Below are positions 63,848 through 64,000 of a stretch of DNA of 64,000 nt, in pieces. Every line of letters starts with the position of its first letter. The stretch's first letter is position 1. Origin of the DNA: Malacoraja senta (Eukaryota); the NCBI GenBank assembly GCA_038087875.1, contig CM075999.1, positions 3,412,001 through 3,476,000 on the forward strand, read 5' to 3'. The position numbers and the translations under genes are program-made. The notes under the pieces were generated by a model. It was not told where the DNA came from. It was given only the letters and a program-made list of their open reading frames with translations, and did not search any database.

Positions 63848-64000
63848 GATCCTGACCTCGGGTGCTGGCTGTGTGGAGTTTGCACGTTCTCCCTGTGACT
63901 CCGGATGCTCCGGTTTCCTCCCACATCTCAAAGATCGCCCCTCTGTAAGTTGCCCCTCGTGTGCAGGGAGTGGATGCAAAAGTGGGATAGCATGAAACTA

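Overview
Eukaryotic, repeat-dense vertebrate DNA. The repeat content (HE1/V-SINE-type SINEs, CR1, Penelope-like and Rex-type elements) suggests a cartilaginous fish, probably a skate or ray; this is inference. The only host gene I can support is WASF2 (WAVE2) on the minus strand. It has five in-frame coding exons (9031-8899, 6704-6570, 4905-4752, 1878-1761, 366-236; 223 codons covering the WAVE homology domain and basic region) and continues off the left edge. A candidate non-coding first exon and CpG-island promoter lie at ~28.2 kb. That ~2 kb block is repeated on both sides of a 200-N gap and is probably a false duplication from assembly. I recognise no host coding exons from ~31 kb to 64 kb. 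The most unusual signals are RNA structures carried by retroelements: (1) a ~315-bp bipartite RTE-derived element whose 5' end starts at the predicted cleavage site of a degenerate twister-ribozyme motif; (2) many minimal hammerhead-ribozyme motifs in Penelope-like pLTRs, often as fold-back palindromes that pivot on the ribozyme and sometimes as tandem arrays; (3) a CR1 inserted exactly at a hammerhead cleavage site; (4) a hairpin with compensatory base changes across four copies of an unclassified retroposon. All come from reading by eye with no searches run. Repeat boundaries are approximate unless a TSD is given.
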